A DNA stretch of 32,000 nucleotides from Demequinaceae bacterium (GTDB lineage Bacteria; Actinomycetota; Actinomycetes; Actinomycetales; Demequinaceae). The translations under genes and the position numbers were made by a program. The DNA is taken from contig OZ252279.1 of the NCBI GenBank assembly GCA_965250005.1, positions 1,140,001 to 1,172,000 on the forward strand, written 5' to 3'. The notes under the pieces are model-generated. The model had not been told where the DNA came from, did no database searches, and saw nothing but the letters and a program-made list of their open reading frames with translations. This document shows, one piece after another, positions 18,125 through 32,000 of this stretch (the first letter of the stretch is position 1; each line of letters opens with the position of its first letter).

Positions 18125-18784
18125 TCACATGCCCTTCACTGCGGAGCGGATGAGGACAACGCCAGCCTTGTTTCCCGGAACGGCGCCCTTGATCAAGAGC
18201 AGGCCCTTCTCAAGATCGACAGCGTGGACCTCTAGGTTCTGGATCGTCTTGCGGTCGTTACCCATCCGGCCTGCCATCTTCATGCCACGGAACACGCGCG
18301 ACGGCGTCGAAGCGCCACCAATCGAGCCGGGCTTGCGGTGGTTCTTGTGGGCACCGTGAGACGCATTGTCGCCGTGGAACCCGTGGCGCTTCATTACACC
18401 GGCGAATCCCTTGCCCTTGGTGGTGCCCGTCACGTCGACCAACTGTCCAGCCTCGAATGCATCGGCAGCAATCTCCTGGCCGAGTCCGAAGGTTCCGGCA
18501 TTCGCGGTGCGAACCTCGGCGACGTGGCGACGCGGCGTAACGCCGGCCTTGGCAAAGTGACCCTTGAGGGGCTGCGAAACGCGGCGCGGGTCAACAGCAC
18601 CGAAAGCGAGTTGAACGGCGGAGTAGCCGTCAATCTCTTCCGTGCGGACCTGAGTGACCACGTTGGTGTCAACCTGGACGACGGTCACGGGCACAACATT
18701 GCCCGCGTCGTCCCACACCTGGGTCATACCGAGCTTCGTGCCGAGCAACGCGGTTACGTCGCGCTGGGCGGTGGAAGTAGTCAT
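18125..18784 (-). CDS. rplC: 50S ribosomal protein L3
   Basis: [24 protein letters not shown]...[17 protein letters not shown]...[15 protein letters not shown] is canonical L3. Confidence 0.95.
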   Translation of the reverse strand: MTTSTAQRDVTALLGTKLGMTQVWDDAGNVVPVTVVQVDTNVVTQVRTEEIDGYSAVQLAFGAVDPRRVSQPLKGHFAKAGVTPRRHVAEVRTANAGTFGLGQEIAADAFEAGQLVDVTGTTKGKGFAGVMKRHGFHGDNASHGAHKNHRKPGSIGGASTPSRVFRGMKMAGRMGNDRKTIQNLEVHAVDLEKGLLLIKGAVPGNKAGVVLIRSAVKGM

Positions 18785-18810
18785 TATGAATTCAGTCCTT
18801 CAACAGCCCG

Positions 18811-19119
18811 TTAGAGCTTGATCTCGATGTTGACGTCCGCGGGCAGATCGAGACGCATGAGCGAATCGACGGCCTTGGGCGTCGGGTCAACAATGTCAAT
18901 GAGGCGCTTGTGCGTACGCATCTCGAAGTGCTCGCGGCTGTCCTTGTACTTGTGCGGCGAACGAATGACGCAAAAAACGTTCTTCTCGGTCGGCAGCGGC
19001 ACGGGGCCAACTACGGAGGCTCCAGCGCGCGTGACCGTCTCTACGATCTTGCGGGCCGAGGAGTCGATGACCTCGTGGTCATAACTCTTCAACCGAATGC
19101 GGATCTTCTGTCCCGCCAT
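18811..19119 (-). CDS. rpsJ: 30S ribosomal protein S10
   Basis: [76 protein letters not shown] is canonical S10. Confidence 0.96.
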   Translation of the reverse strand: MAGQKIRIRLKSYDHEVIDSSARKIVETVTRAGASVVGPVPLPTEKNVFCVIRSPHKYKDSREHFEMRTHKRLIDIVDPTPKAVDSLMRLDLPADVNIEIKL

Positions 19120-19163
19120 GGCGTGTTCTGCCTTTTCTCTCGACTAATTCTGATGTACCTACA

Positions 19164-19190
19164 TCCGACCCCCGCGCTCGGGCGTGTCGC
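19164..19190 (-). promoter_or_regulatory. conserved 27-nt GC-rich leader motif, copy 1 (rpsJ 5' leader)
   Basis: TCCGACCCCCGCGCTCGGGCGTGTCGC is 26/27 identical to 23706-23732. It starts exactly 44 nt from the rpsJ start codon. Confidence 0.6.
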
Positions 19191-19328
19191 TCGTTGTGAC
19201 ACAAGCGCACCCGAATGATTTCCCATTGGGAGGTTGGACTTAGGTCTTCGGCCGCCAAAAAGGCAGCCTGGATAGTTTGCCAGATTCTTGAGCAATGCGC
19301 CAATTCGCCTGGAGGCGATCAGCGCATC

Positions 19329-19364
19329 CCTGTTGGGGTCGGCCCGAAGACCGGCCCCAACAGG
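19329..19364 (-). terminator. tuf (str operon) terminator hairpin with a cUUCGg tetraloop
   Basis: Minus-sense CCUGUUGGGGCCGG-UCUUCGGG-CCGACCCCAACAGG: 10 bp, one A-C mismatch, then 3 bp, capped by U-G, C-G and a UUCG loop. It starts 7 nt after the tuf TAG. No U-tract (I-shaped type). Confidence 0.7.
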
Positions 19365-19370
19365 TGCGTA

Positions 19371-20561
19371 CTACTTGACGATCTTGGTCACCGTACCGGA
19401 GCCGACAGTGCGGCCACCTTCACGGATCGCGAAACCCTGTCCCTCTTCAAGGGCAATGGGGTGAATCAGTTCGATCGACATCTCGGTGGTGTCGCCGGGC
19501 ATGACCATCTCGGTGCCTTCTGGCAGCGAGATGACGCCTGTGACGTCCGTGGTGCGGATGTAGAACTGCGGACGGTAGTTGGTGTAGAAGGGGTTGTGGC
19601 GTCCGCCCTCGTCCTTGTTGAGGATGTAGACCTTGCCTTCGAAATTGGTGTGGGGCGTGGTGCTGCCGGGGGCAACAACAACCTGTCCACGCTCAACATC
19701 TTCACGAGCCGTTCCACGAAGCAGCAGGCCGGTGTTGTCGCCAGCCTCAGCCTCGTCCATCGACTTGTGGAAGGTCTCGATGCCGGTGACCGTGGTCTTC
19801 TGCGTGTCACGGATACCAAGAACTTCGACCTCGGAGTTGATCTTGAGCTTGCCGCGCTCAACCTTGCCGGTCACAACAGTTCCGCGACCGGTGATGGTGA
19901 AGACGTCCTCGATGGGCATGAGGAACGGCTTGTCGAGCTCGCGAACGGGCTCGGGGATGCTCTCGTCGACCGCATCCATGAGCGCCTCAACGGTGGCAAC
20001 CCACTTCGCGTCGCCCTCGAGCGCCTTAAGCGCCGAAACCTGAATCACGGGAGCGTTGTCGCCATCGAAACCCTGGCTCGAGAGAAGCTCGCGAACCTCG
20101 ACCTCGACGAGTTCGAGGATTTCCTCGTCGTCGACCATGTCGGACTTGTTGAGTGCCACGAGCAGGTACGGAACACCAACCTGCTTGGCGAGGAGAACGT
20201 GCTCACGCGTCTGGGCCATGGGACCGTCGGTCGCGGCAACCACCAGGATCGCGCCGTCCATCTGCGCGGCACCGGTGATCATGTTCTTGATGTAGTCGGC
20301 GTGACCAGGGGCGTCAACGTGTGCGTAGTGACGCTTTTCGGTCTGGTACTCGACGTGCGCGATATTGATGGTGATACCGCGCTCTTTCTCTTCGGGCGCC
20401 TTGTCGATCTCGTCGAAAGGCGTGAAGGGGTTCAGGTCCGGGAACTTGTCGTGCAGGACCTTTGAGATTGCAGCGGTGAGCGTGGTCTTACCGTGGTCAA
20501 CGTGACCGATGGTTCCGACATTGACGTGCGGCTTGGTCCGCTCGAACTTGGCCTTAGCCAT
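19371..20561 (-). CDS. tuf: elongation factor Tu
   Basis: [32 protein letters not shown]...[26 protein letters not shown]...NKSD is canonical EF-Tu. AGGAGG SD upstream. Confidence 0.98.
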   Translation of the reverse strand: MAKAKFERTKPHVNVGTIGHVDHGKTTLTAAISKVLHDKFPDLNPFTPFDEIDKAPEEKERGITINIAHVEYQTEKRHYAHVDAPGHADYIKNMITGAAQMDGAILVVAATDGPMAQTREHVLLAKQVGVPYLLVALNKSDMVDDEEILELVEVEVRELLSSQGFDGDNAPVIQVSALKALEGDAKWVATVEALMDAVDESIPEPVRELDKPFLMPIEDVFTITGRGTVVTGKVERGKLKINSEVEVLGIRDTQKTTVTGIETFHKSMDEAEAGDNTGLLLRGTAREDVERGQVVVAPGSTTPHTNFEGKVYILNKDEGGRHNPFYTNYRPQFYIRTTDVTGVISLPEGTEMVMPGDTTEMSIELIHPIALEEGQGFAIREGGRTVGSGTVTKIVK

Positions 20562-20680
20562 TACTTCCTCCTGAGACTCGGGTAGTGAATGTGAAACTGT
20601 CTATGGCCGGGAGGCCATCGATGGGGCGTCGTATCCCTACTGGTCGTTGTTTGTTTCTGGTGTTATCTCAACCGGTGGGA

Positions 20681-22783
20681 CTATTCGCCCCGGGTCTTTG
20701 CGATGATCTCCTCGGCAACTGCCCGAGGAACCTCGGCGTAGCTATCGAACTGCATGGAGTAGACGGCACGACCCTGGGTCTTCGACCGCAGGTCGCCCAC
20801 GTACCCAAACATTTCCGAAAGTGGAACGAGGGCACTGACAACCTTCACGCCGTGGGCTTCCTCCATCGAGGAGATATGTCCGCGTCGTGAATTGAGGTCG
20901 CCGATGACGTCGCCCATGTACTCCTCGGGCGTACGCACTTCGACGGCCATGACCGGCTCGAGGATCACAGGGTTGGCGCTTCTCGCGCCTTCCTTGAAGA
21001 CCATCGATCCGGCAATCTTGAACGCCATCTCAGACGAGTCCACATCGTGGTACGCGCCGTCGGTAAGCGTGGCCTTGACGCCGACCATGGGGTAGCCGGC
21101 GAGAATTCCCAGTTCCATGGCGGACTGAATGCCCTGATCCACGGAAGGAATGTACTCGCGCGGGATGCGCCCACCGGTAACGGCGTTGTCAAATTCGTAG
21201 AGCTCGTCACCCTCGGTGTTGAGCGGCTCGAACGTGACCTGAACCTTGGCGAACTGGCCGGATCCACCCGTTTGCTTCTTGTGGGTGTAGCCGACCTTCT
21301 CAACCTTGGACTTGATGGTCTCGCGGTAGGCCACCTGGGGCTTGCCCACGTTGGCCTCGACCTTGAATTCGCGCTTCATGCGATCCACGAGGATGTCGAG
21401 GTGCAACTCGCCCATGCCTGCGATGATGGTCTGACCAGTGTCGTCGTCGAGGCTGACGCGGAACGTCGGGTCCTCTTCAGCGAGCTTCTGAATAGCCAGC
21501 GACAGTTTCTCTTGGTCTGCCTTGGTCTTGGGCTCGATGGCCACCGAGATCACGGGCTCGGGGAACGTCATGGATTCCAGAACGACCGGGCTCGACGGGT
21601 CGCACAGGGTATCGCCCGTCGTGGTGTTCTTAAGGCCAATCACGGCGTAGATGTGTCCCGCAGAGATGGACTCGACAGGGTTCTCTTTGTTGGAGTGCAT
21701 CTGGAACAACTTGCCGATGCGCTCCTTCTTGTCCTTGGTGGCGTTCAGGACGGCGGAGCCCGAGTCGAGCGCCCCCGAGTACACGCGGACGTACGTTAGT
21801 TTGCCGAAGAACTCGTGCGTGACAACCTTGAACGCGAGCGCGGCGAAGGGCTCTGCCGCGTCGGCGTGACGCTCGATGATCTGCTCTTCATCGCGCACGT
21901 CGTGTCCCTCGATCGCGCCAACGTCGAGCGGGTTGGGAAGGTAGTCAACAACGGCGTCGAGCATGGGCTGAACGCCCTTGTTCTTGTACGCCGAGCCACA
22001 CAGGATGGGATACGCCTCGCCCGCAACCGTGAGCTTGCGAACCGCAGCCTTGATCTCGGGGACGGTGATCTCTTCGCCGGCAAAGAAGCGCTCCATGAGC
22101 GCGTCGTCGGTCTCGGCGACAGTCTCGAGGAGCTTGTTGCGGTACTCCGCAGCCTTCTCCTTGAGGTCCTCGGGAATCTCTTCGACCTCGTAAGCGGCAC
22201 CTAGGTCAGTCTCGCCGTGCCATACAAGCGCGCGCATTTCGACCAGGTCGACTACGCCGATGAAGTCGTTCTCCGAACCGATGGGGATCTGGAGCGGAAG
22301 TGGGGTTGCCTTGAGGCGGTCGATGATGGTCTGAACCGTGAAGTAGAAGTCCGCGCCCAACTTGTCCATCTTGTTGACGAAGCAGATGCGGGGGACTTCG
22401 TACTTGTCGGCCTGACGCCACACGGTCTCCGACTGGGGCTCAACGCCCTCCTTGCCGTCGAACACTGCGACAGCGCCGTCAAGGACGCGGAGCGAACGCT
22501 CCACCTCAACGGTGAAGTCGACGTGACCGGGCGTGTCGATGATGTTGATCTGGTGGTCGTCCCAGAAGCACGTGGTCGCAGCGGACGTGATGGTGATGCC
22601 ACGTTCCTGCTCTTGCGCCATGTGGTCCATGATCGCCGCGCCATCGTGGACTTCACCAATCTTGTGAGTGATACCCGTGTAGTACAGGATGCGCTCAGTA
22701 GTGGTGGTCTTGCCCGCATCGATGTGAGCCATGATGCCAATGTTGCGAACCTTGTTCAGGTCCGTCAGCACGTCCTGTGCCAC
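20681..22783 (-). CDS. fusA: elongation factor G
   Basis: [27 protein letters not shown]...[27 protein letters not shown]...NKMD, 700 aa, GTG start at 22781-22783. Confidence 0.98.
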   Translation of the reverse strand: MAQDVLTDLNKVRNIGIMAHIDAGKTTTTERILYYTGITHKIGEVHDGAAIMDHMAQEQERGITITSAATTCFWDDHQINIIDTPGHVDFTVEVERSLRVLDGAVAVFDGKEGVEPQSETVWRQADKYEVPRICFVNKMDKLGADFYFTVQTIIDRLKATPLPLQIPIGSENDFIGVVDLVEMRALVWHGETDLGAAYEVEEIPEDLKEKAAEYRNKLLETVAETDDALMERFFAGEEITVPEIKAAVRKLTVAGEAYPILCGSAYKNKGVQPMLDAVVDYLPNPLDVGAIEGHDVRDEEQIIERHADAAEPFAALAFKVVTHEFFGKLTYVRVYSGALDSGSAVLNATKDKKERIGKLFQMHSNKENPVESISAGHIYAVIGLKNTTTGDTLCDPSSPVVLESMTFPEPVISVAIEPKTKADQEKLSLAIQKLAEEDPTFRVSLDDDTGQTIIAGMGELHLDILVDRMKREFKVEANVGKPQVAYRETIKSKVEKVGYTHKKQTGGSGQFAKVQVTFEPLNTEGDELYEFDNAVTGGRIPREYIPSVDQGIQSAMELGILAGYPMVGVKATLTDGAYHDVDSSEMAFKIAGSMVFKEGARSANPVILEPVMAVEVRTPEEYMGDVIGDLNSRRGHISSMEEAHGVKVVSALVPLSEMFGYVGDLRSKTQGRAVYSMQFDSYAEVPRAVAEEIIAKTRGE

Positions 22784-22815
22784 GTCAGTTTCCCCTTATT
22801 CCGTATCTACCGCTA

Positions 22816-23286
22816 TTACCAGCGGTAGTGAGCGAAGGCCTTGTTGGACTCCGCCATCTTGTGCATGTCTTCGCGACGCTTCACCGCGGCACCAAGGCCG
22901 TTCGATGCGTCGAGGATTTCGTTGGTCAGGCGCTCCGTCATGGTGTTCTCGCGACGCGCGTTGGCGAAGTCGACGAGCCAGCGAAGGGCAAGGGTGTTCT
23001 GGCGCACCGGACGGACGTCGACGGGCACCTGGTAGGTGGCCCCACCAACGCGACGGCTACGGACCTCAAGCGACGGGCGCACGTTGTCGAGCGCACGCTT
23101 GAGGACGGAGACGGGCTCCTGGCCAGCCTTTTCTTCGACACCTTCGAGGGCGCCGTAGACGATCGACTCGGCGATGGACTTCTTACCGTCCTTCAGCACC
23201 TTGTTGATCAGCTGAGTGACCACGGGGGCGCCGTGGACGGGGTCGTTGATAACGGGCCTCTTCGGCGCCGGTCCCTTGCGAGGCAT
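22816..23286 (-). CDS. rpsG: 30S ribosomal protein S7
   Basis: [44 protein letters not shown]...[16 protein letters not shown]...[20 protein letters not shown] is canonical S7. Confidence 0.96.
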   Translation of the reverse strand: MPRKGPAPKRPVINDPVHGAPVVTQLINKVLKDGKKSIAESIVYGALEGVEEKAGQEPVSVLKRALDNVRPSLEVRSRRVGGATYQVPVDVRPVRQNTLALRWLVDFANARRENTMTERLTNEILDASNGLGAAVKRREDMHKMAESNKAFAHYRW

Positions 23287-23661
23287 CTACTTCTTCTCCT
23301 TCTTCGCGCCGTAGAGGCTGCGAGCCTGCTTGCGGTCCTTGACGGCCTGGGTATCGAGCGCACCGCGCACAATCTTGTAGCGAACACCGGGAAGGTCCTT
23401 CACACGTCCGCCGCGCACGAGCACGATCGAGTGCTCCTGCAAGTTGTGACCCTCGCCCGGAATGTACGCCGTGACCTCGATGCCCGTGGACAGGCGCACG
23501 CGGGCGACCTTCCGCAGAGCGGAGTTCGGCTTCTTGGGCGTAGTCGTGTAGACGCGCGTGCATACACCGCGGCGCTGGGGGCTCGCCTTGAGAGCGGGAG
23601 TCTTGGACTTCGACGCCTTGGGGTGTCGGCCCTTCCGCACAAGCTGCTGAATCGTAGGCAC
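23287..23661 (-). CDS. rpsL: 30S ribosomal protein S12
   Basis: (V->M)[56 protein letters not shown] is canonical S12. GTG start at 23659-23661. Confidence 0.96.
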   Translation of the reverse strand: MPTIQQLVRKGRHPKASKSKTPALKASPQRRGVCTRVYTTTPKKPNSALRKVARVRLSTGIEVTAYIPGEGHNLQEHSIVLVRGGRVKDLPGVRYKIVRGALDTQAVKDRKQARSLYGAKKEKK

Positions 23662-23705
23662 TGCTTCTCCGTTGCTAGAAAATGATGAAATCGCGTGTGT
23701 TCTGG

Positions 23706-23732
23706 TCCGACCCCCGCGCCCGGGCGTGTCGC
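23706..23732 (-). promoter_or_regulatory. conserved 27-nt GC-rich leader motif, copy 2 (rpsL 5' leader)
   Basis: TCCGACCCCCGCGCCCGGGCGTGTCGC is 26/27 identical to 19164-19190. It starts exactly 44 nt from the rpsL start codon and contains the perfect palindrome CGCCCGGGCG. Confidence 0.6.
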
Positions 23733-23794
23733 ACCTTCAAGATCTGCGCCCTCGGCGCACCAAAAGGAGCCCGACGGCGCGGGCACGGGAACTC

Positions 23795-23823
23795 ACGGTA
23801 CCCGAGAGCCGCTCCGCCGTCAA
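23795..23823 (-). promoter_or_regulatory. candidate promoter of the str operon (rpsL-rpsG-fusA-tuf)
   Basis: Minus-sense TTGACG (23818-23823), 17-nt spacer, TACCGT (23795-23800, TAnnnT). It would give a leader of about 125-130 nt that contains motif copy 2. Confidence 0.55.
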
Positions 23824-23858
23824 TGTGGATTCGCCCCTGCGGGCGCCGCCACGATCAC

Positions 23859-27734
<3,876 letters not shown>

Positions 27735-27745
27735 GTTGGTATCCC

Positions 27746-30700
27746 TTAGATTTCGTCGACGCTGGACGCGTCAGGGCGGCTGGACAGTGAAATACCGAGC
27801 GACTCGGCGGCCAGGTACGCGTCATCTTCTGTTTCGCGCATCTCGACAAGTTGGCCCTCAGAGTTGAGAACTTCGACGTTCAGGCACAGGGACTGCATTT
27901 CCTTCATAAGAACTCGGAAGGATTCGGGCAGTCCCGGCTCGGGGATGTTCTGGCCCTTGACGATGGCCTCGTACACCTTCACGCGGCCGAGCACGTCGTC
28001 CGACTTGATGGTCAAGAGTTCCTGGAGTGCGTACGCCGCACCGTATGCCTCGAGCGCCCACACCTCCATCTCTCCAAAGCGCTGTCCACCGAACTGGGCT
28101 TTCCCGCCCAACGGCTGCTGCGTGATCATTGAGTACGGACCCGTAGAGCGGGCGTGAATCTTGTCATCGACCAAATGGTGGAGCTTCAAGATGTACTTGT
28201 AGCCGACTGCGACGGGCTCAGGGAACGGCTCGCCTGAGCGACCGTCGAAGAGTTGCGTCTTGCCGTTCTCGTCAACCAGACGGTCGCCGTTTCGGTTTGG
28301 GGTGGCTACCGAGCGGAGGCCGTTGAGCGTCTCCTCCTGGATGCCATCGAACACTGGCGTCGCGACCGGGGACCCGGGCTGCGACTTGGTTGCGCCCGCG
28401 GGCAGGCTCTTGGTCCAATCGCCCTTGGCGTCCGTCGCGTCCCAACCCTGCTTGGCTACCCAGCCGAGCGCGGTCTCGAGAACCTGGCCGACGTTCATGC
28501 GTCCAGGAACACCGAGCGGGTTGAGGATGACGTCTACCGGGGTGCCGTCTGCAAGGAAAGGCATGTCTTCCACCGGAAGGATGGTGGAAATGACACCCTT
28601 GTTGCCGTGACGGCCAGCGAGTTTGTCGCCCTCCTGGATTTTGCGTCGCTGCGCGATGTACACGCGAACCAACTCGTTAACGCCAGCAGGCAGATCGTCG
28701 CCGTCTTCCTCAGTGAACACGCGGACACCAATCACGGTTCCGCTTTCGCCGTGGGGAACCTTGAGGGACGTGTCGCGCACCTCGCGGGCCTTCTCTCCGA
28801 AGATGGCGCGCAGGAGGCGCTCCTCGGGGGTCAGCTCGGTCTCGCCCTTGGGCGTGACCTTTCCAACCAGAATGTCACCGGCACGAACTTCTGCTCCGAT
28901 GCGAACGATGCCACGCTCGTCGAGGTCGGCAAGGGCTTCTTCGGAGGCGTTGGGGATATCGCGAGTGATTTCTTCGGGGCCGAGCTTGGTGTCGCGAGCG
29001 TCAACCTCGTGCTCCTCGATGTGAATGGAGCTAAGAGTGTCGTCCTGCACTAGACGCTGGCTGAGGATGATCGCGTCTTCGTAGTTGTAGCCCTCCCAGC
29101 ACATAAATGCGACGAGCAAGTTCTTGCCGAGCGCGAGATCGCCCTCGTCGGTCGCCGGGCCATCCGCGATGACGGAGCCCTCGACAACCGTGTCGCCTTC
29201 GTCCACCAGCACGCGCTGGTTGTAGGACGTGCCCTGGTTGGAGCGCATGAACTTCGCGATCCGGTAGGAGCCGGTGGTCTTGTCATTGTTGGCCACCGTC
29301 ACGAGGTCAGAGGAGACCTCGGTGACGACGCCAGCGGTGTTCGCGATGACAACGTCTCCAGCATCAATCGCCGCACGACGCTCCATGCCGGTTCCCACCA
29401 ACGGAGCTTCCGAGCGAACCAGTGGCACCGCCTGGCGCTGCATGTTGGCACCCATGAGGGCGCGGTTCGCATCATCGTGTTCGAGGAACGGGATGAGCGC
29501 CGTAGCAACCGACACCATCTGGCGCGGGCTGACGTCCATGTAATCCACTGCCTCAGCAGTGACGAACTCGACTTCACCTCCACGCGACCGGACCAGCACG
29601 CGCTCGTCAGCGAAGTTTCCGTCGTCCTTCAGTTTCGCGTTCGCCTGGGCGATCACGAAATGGTCTTCGTCGTCTGCGCTGAGGTAGTCAACCTTGCTCG
29701 AGACCTTGCCCTTGACCACCTTGCGATAGGGCGTCTCGACAAAGCCGAGCGGGTTGATGCGACCGAACGACGCGAGCGAACCGATGAGACCAATGTTGGG
29801 GCCTTCAGGGGTTTCGATCGGGCACATACGTCCGTAGTGCGACGAGTGAACGTCGCGGACGTCCATGCCTGCGCGGTCGCGCGACAGTCCACCGGGACCG
29901 AGCGCCGAGAGGCGACGCTTGTGGGTCAGACCCGCGAGCGGGTTGTTCTGGTCCATGAACTGCGACAGCTGCGATGTTCCGAAGAACTCGCGAATCGCGG
30001 CGACCACCGGACGCGTATTGATCAGGGTCTGCGGCGTGATGGCCTCGACGTCCTGAGTCGTCATGCGTTCGCGGACGACGCGCTCCATGCGCGACAGCCC
30101 GGTGCGGATTTGGTTCTGGATCAGTTCGCCAACTGCGCGAATCCGGCGGTTACCAAAGTGGTCAATGTCGTCGGTTTCGACGCGAAGTTCGCCACCGAGC
30201 GACTTGAAGCTCTTGTTGCCCGCGTGGGCGGCGGCGATGTACTTGACCGTCGCGACGATGTCGTTGAGGCCTAGCACTGAGTCACCGAGCGGCGCGCCAA
30301 CGCCGAGCTTCTTGTTCAGCTTGAAGCGGCCCACCTTCGCGAGGTCGTAGCGCTTGGAGTTGAAGTAGAAGTTGTCGAGCAGGTTGCGGCCAGCGTCAAC
30401 CGTGGGCGGTTCGCCCGGACGCAACTTGCGGTAGAGGTCGACGAGTGCGTCGTCCTGCGACTCCACAGTGTCCTTGGCGAGCGTTTCTAGGACGGTCGGG
30501 TAGTCCTTGAACTCTTTCGCGATCTCTTCGGTGGTCATGCCGAGAGCCTTGAGGAACAGCGTGACCGGCTGCTTGCGCTTACGGTCGACGCGGACGCCCA
30601 CAGCGTCGCGCTTGTCGATCTCAAATTCGAGCCAAGCGCCGCGGGACGGAATGATCTTCGCGGTGAGGATATCTTTGTCCGTGGTCTTGTCAGGCGTGCG

Positions 30701-31222
30701 CTCAAAGTAGACGCCCGGCGAGCGAACCAGCTGCGAAACGACGACGCGCTCGGTTCCGTTCACGATGAATGTGCCGCGGTCCGACATCAGTGGGAAGTCG
30801 CCCATGAATACGGTCTGCGACTTAATCTCACCGGTGGTGTGGTTCATGAACTCGGCTGTCACAAAGAGCTGAGCGGCGAAGGTGAAGTCCTTCTCCTTGC
30901 ACTCCTCGGGCGTATGGCGCGGCTCTTCGAAGTACGGGTCCGCGAAGGACAGCGACATGGTCTGGCCGAAGTCCTCGATCGGAGAGATCTCCTCGAAGAT
31001 CTCCTTGAGGCCTGCTACCTCGGGGACGTCGTTTCTCTTCGCTTTCTGGGCAGCGGCTACGCGACCCTTCCATTTCTCATTGCCGAGCAACCAGTCAAAC
31101 GACTCGGTCTGCAGGCCAATGAGGTTCGGAACCTCAATGGGTTCCGCGATCTGGGCGAACGAAACGCGGCGCGAGGCGCTGCGGTTCTTAATGGCAGAAG
31201 CTGAGGTGCGCGAGGCAGCCAA
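27746..31222 (-). CDS. rpoB: DNA-directed RNA polymerase subunit beta
   Basis: Canonical RpoB blocks are present ([33 protein letters not shown]; [10 protein letters not shown]; [21 protein letters not shown]). The ORF is open to a TTG at 31261. I prefer the TTG at 31220-31222 (LAASRTSAS...) because GGGAAGGA sits 7 nt upstream. The start is uncertain by 13 codons. Confidence 0.93.
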   Translation of the reverse strand: MAASRTSASAIKNRSASRRVSFAQIAEPIEVPNLIGLQTESFDWLLGNEKWKGRVAAAQKAKRNDVPEVAGLKEIFEEISPIEDFGQTMSLSFADPYFEEPRHTPEECKEKDFTFAAQLFVTAEFMNHTTGEIKSQTVFMGDFPLMSDRGTFIVNGTERVVVSQLVRSPGVYFERTPDKTTDKDILTAKIIPSRGAWLEFEIDKRDAVGVRVDRKRKQPVTLFLKALGMTTEEIAKEFKDYPTVLETLAKDTVESQDDALVDLYRKLRPGEPPTVDAGRNLLDNFYFNSKRYDLAKVGRFKLNKKLGVGAPLGDSVLGLNDIVATVKYIAAAHAGNKSFKSLGGELRVETDDIDHFGNRRIRAVGELIQNQIRTGLSRMERVVRERMTTQDVEAITPQTLINTRPVVAAIREFFGTSQLSQFMDQNNPLAGLTHKRRLSALGPGGLSRDRAGMDVRDVHSSHYGRMCPIETPEGPNIGLIGSLASFGRINPLGFVETPYRKVVKGKVSSKVDYLSADDEDHFVIAQANAKLKDDGNFADERVLVRSRGGEVEFVTAEAVDYMDVSPRQMVSVATALIPFLEHDDANRALMGANMQRQAVPLVRSEAPLVGTGMERRAAIDAGDVVIANTAGVVTEVSSDLVTVANNDKTTGSYRIAKFMRSNQGTSYNQRVLVDEGDTVVEGSVIADGPATDEGDLALGKNLLVAFMCWEGYNYEDAIILSQRLVQDDTLSSIHIEEHEVDARDTKLGPEEITRDIPNASEEALADLDERGIVRIGAEVRAGDILVGKVTPKGETELTPEERLLRAIFGEKAREVRDTSLKVPHGESGTVIGVRVFTEEDGDDLPAGVNELVRVYIAQRRKIQEGDKLAGRHGNKGVISTILPVEDMPFLADGTPVDVILNPLGVPGRMNVGQVLETALGWVAKQGWDATDAKGDWTKSLPAGATKSQPGSPVATPVFDGIQEETLNGLRSVATPNRNGDRLVDENGKTQLFDGRSGEPFPEPVAVGYKYILKLHHLVDDKIHARSTGPYSMITQQPLGGKAQFGGQRFGEMEVWALEAYGAAYALQELLTIKSDDVLGRVKVYEAIVKGQNIPEPGLPESFRVLMKEMQSLCLNVEVLNSEGQLVEMRETEDDAYLAAESLGISLSSRPDASSVDEI

Positions 31223-31450
31223 GGGTGGGTCCTTCCCAACGGTCCGTGCGTGGCGACGCAACCTGAATCAGGACTCCACCGGACCCCGGGGCTAGGCCGC
31301 TAGAAGCGGTTGCACGCCGGGAAGGCATATGAGGGCAGGACGATAGGAAGCGCAACTCGTGATTCTACACACGATGCGCGCACCTGTCTAGACGGTCCGC
31401 GCCCTGAGGACATCGGATCTCCCAGCCGCCTTGGCTGGTCGTCGCCGCCT

Positions 31451-31479
31451 ACCATACAGAAGGCCGCCGACACTGCCTA
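31451..31479 (-). promoter_or_regulatory. weak candidate promoter for rpoBC
   Basis: Minus-sense TAGGCA (31474-31479), 17-nt spacer, TATGGT (31451-31456). Motif match only. Confidence 0.25.
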
Positions 31480-31533
31480 GGGTCGTGACCAATTCGAAAC
31501 CTTTGGGGTTTCCCCGGATTGCACCATCAGCGC

Positions 31534-31575
31534 AAAAAGAAAAGGTCGGGACGACGCCGAGGCATCGTCCCGACC
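31534..31575 (-). terminator. Rho-independent terminator/attenuator downstream of rplL
   Basis: Minus-sense GGUCGGGACGAUGC-CUCG-GCGUCGUCCCGACC (14 bp including one G-U) followed by UUUUCUUUUUG. It starts 18 nt after the rplL stop. Confidence 0.8.
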
Positions 31576-31593
31576 TGATCGGTCGAGCAGGTA

Positions 31594-31977
31594 CTACTTG
31601 AGGGTCACCGTGGCGCCGGCTGCCTCGAGGGCCTCCTTGGCCTTGTTGGCGTCCTCCGTCTTTGCGCCTTCAAGAACGGTCTTAGGGGCTTCGTCCACGA
31701 GCGCCTTGGCCTCACCGAGGCCGAGGTTGGTCAGTGCACGGACTTCCTTGATGACCTGGATTTTCTTGTCGCCAACCGACTCGAGGACCACATCGAACTC
31801 GTCCTTCACTTCGGCCGCGCCACCGGCGTCGCCGGCAGCAGGTGCAGCAACTGCAGCAACAGGTGCGGCAGCGGTGACCTCAAAGGTCTCTTCGAACGCC
31901 TTCACGAACTCAGAGAGTTCGACGAGGGTCAGTTCCTTGAACGCATCGATCAACTGATCGGTGGTGAGCTTTGCCAT
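31594..31977 (-). CDS. rplL: 50S ribosomal protein L7/L12
   Basis: [39 protein letters not shown]...[33 protein letters not shown] is canonical L7/L12. AGGAAGG SD upstream. Confidence 0.96.
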   Translation of the reverse strand: MAKLTTDQLIDAFKELTLVELSEFVKAFEETFEVTAAAPVAAVAAPAAGDAGGAAEVKDEFDVVLESVGDKKIQVIKEVRALTNLGLGEAKALVDEAPKTVLEGAKTEDANKAKEALEAAGATVTLK

Positions 31978-32000
31978 GGTGGCTTTCCTTCCTTAACCTG

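Noticed and set aside
19215-20465. 416-aa plus-strand ORF antisense to tuf. Similar long plus-strand ORFs occur at 25806-26909, 16153-17076, 22777-23685, 24348-25133, 21047-21799, 28253-29053 and 29477-30274.
   Set aside because: All lie exactly antisense to highly conserved genes. Their translations are low-complexity (Arg/Gly/Val/Asp/Leu-rich) with no recognisable motifs and no SD. These are classic stop-poor shadow frames of high-GC coding DNA.
20603-20618. 6-bp hairpin ATGGCC-GGGA-GGCCAT in the fusA-tuf spacer, considered as a possible terminator or tuf regulatory element.
   Set aside because: The stem is short with no U-tract, and I found no adjacent promoter motif. The evidence is too weak to call a feature.
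31281-31299. Possible third, degenerate copy of the rpsJ/rpsL leader motif upstream of rpoB (GGACCCCGGGGCTAGGCCG).
   Set aside because: Identity to the motif is only 14/19 in GC-rich sequence, the offset to the start codon differs, and the stem is not preserved. This is within chance expectation.
31978-32000. Possible 3' end of rplJ (L10) at the window edge.
   Set aside because: Only 23 nt remain. They contain the rplL SD (AGGAAGG) and a possible TAA, but no coding sequence can be evaluated.

Overview
High-GC, Actinomycetota-type chromosomal window. It is filled almost entirely by the conserved transcription/translation gene supercluster, and every supported gene is on the minus strand. In transcription order (right to left) the genes are: rplL | rpoB-rpoC | rpsL-rpsG-fusA-tuf (str) | rpsJ-rplC-rplD-rplW-rplB-rpsS-rplV-rpsC-rplP-rpmC-rpsQ (S10) | rplN-rplX-rplE-rpsN-rpsH-rplF-rplR-rpsE-rpmD-rplO (spc) | secY-adk | a small repeat-protein ORF | infA-rpmJ-rpsM-rpsK-rpoA-rplQ-truA | rplM-rpsI-glmM. 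Several ORF-track calls are over-extended at the 5' end, and I trimmed them to homology- and SD-supported starts (glmM, rplM, truA, rpoA, rplF, rplB, rpoB). GTG or TTG starts are used by rplM, rpoA, rplW, fusA, rpsL, rpoC and probably rpoB. Many neighbouring genes overlap by 1-4 nt (TAATG, TGATG, GTGA), which fits translational coupling. I see no mobile elements, CRISPR arrays, tRNA/rRNA genes, or any multi-gene accessory or defence system, so this is core housekeeping DNA. The observations most worth a second look are small-scale. (1) A 27-nt GC-rich stem-loop motif is 26/27 identical between the rpsJ and rpsL leaders and sits at the same 44-nt offset from each start codon. (2) The adk-infA interval has no map gene. 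It holds a 104-aa LRV/HEAT-like repeat ORF and a 433-nt lower-GC non-coding island. (3) Ribosomal protein L15 has an N-terminal extension of about 100 aa of Ala/Lys/Pro repeats, with a perfect 34-nt DNA duplication inside it. (4) A perfect 14-bp hairpin separates rplO from secY. The long plus-strand ORFs are antisense shadow ORFs typical of high-GC DNA and are rejected.
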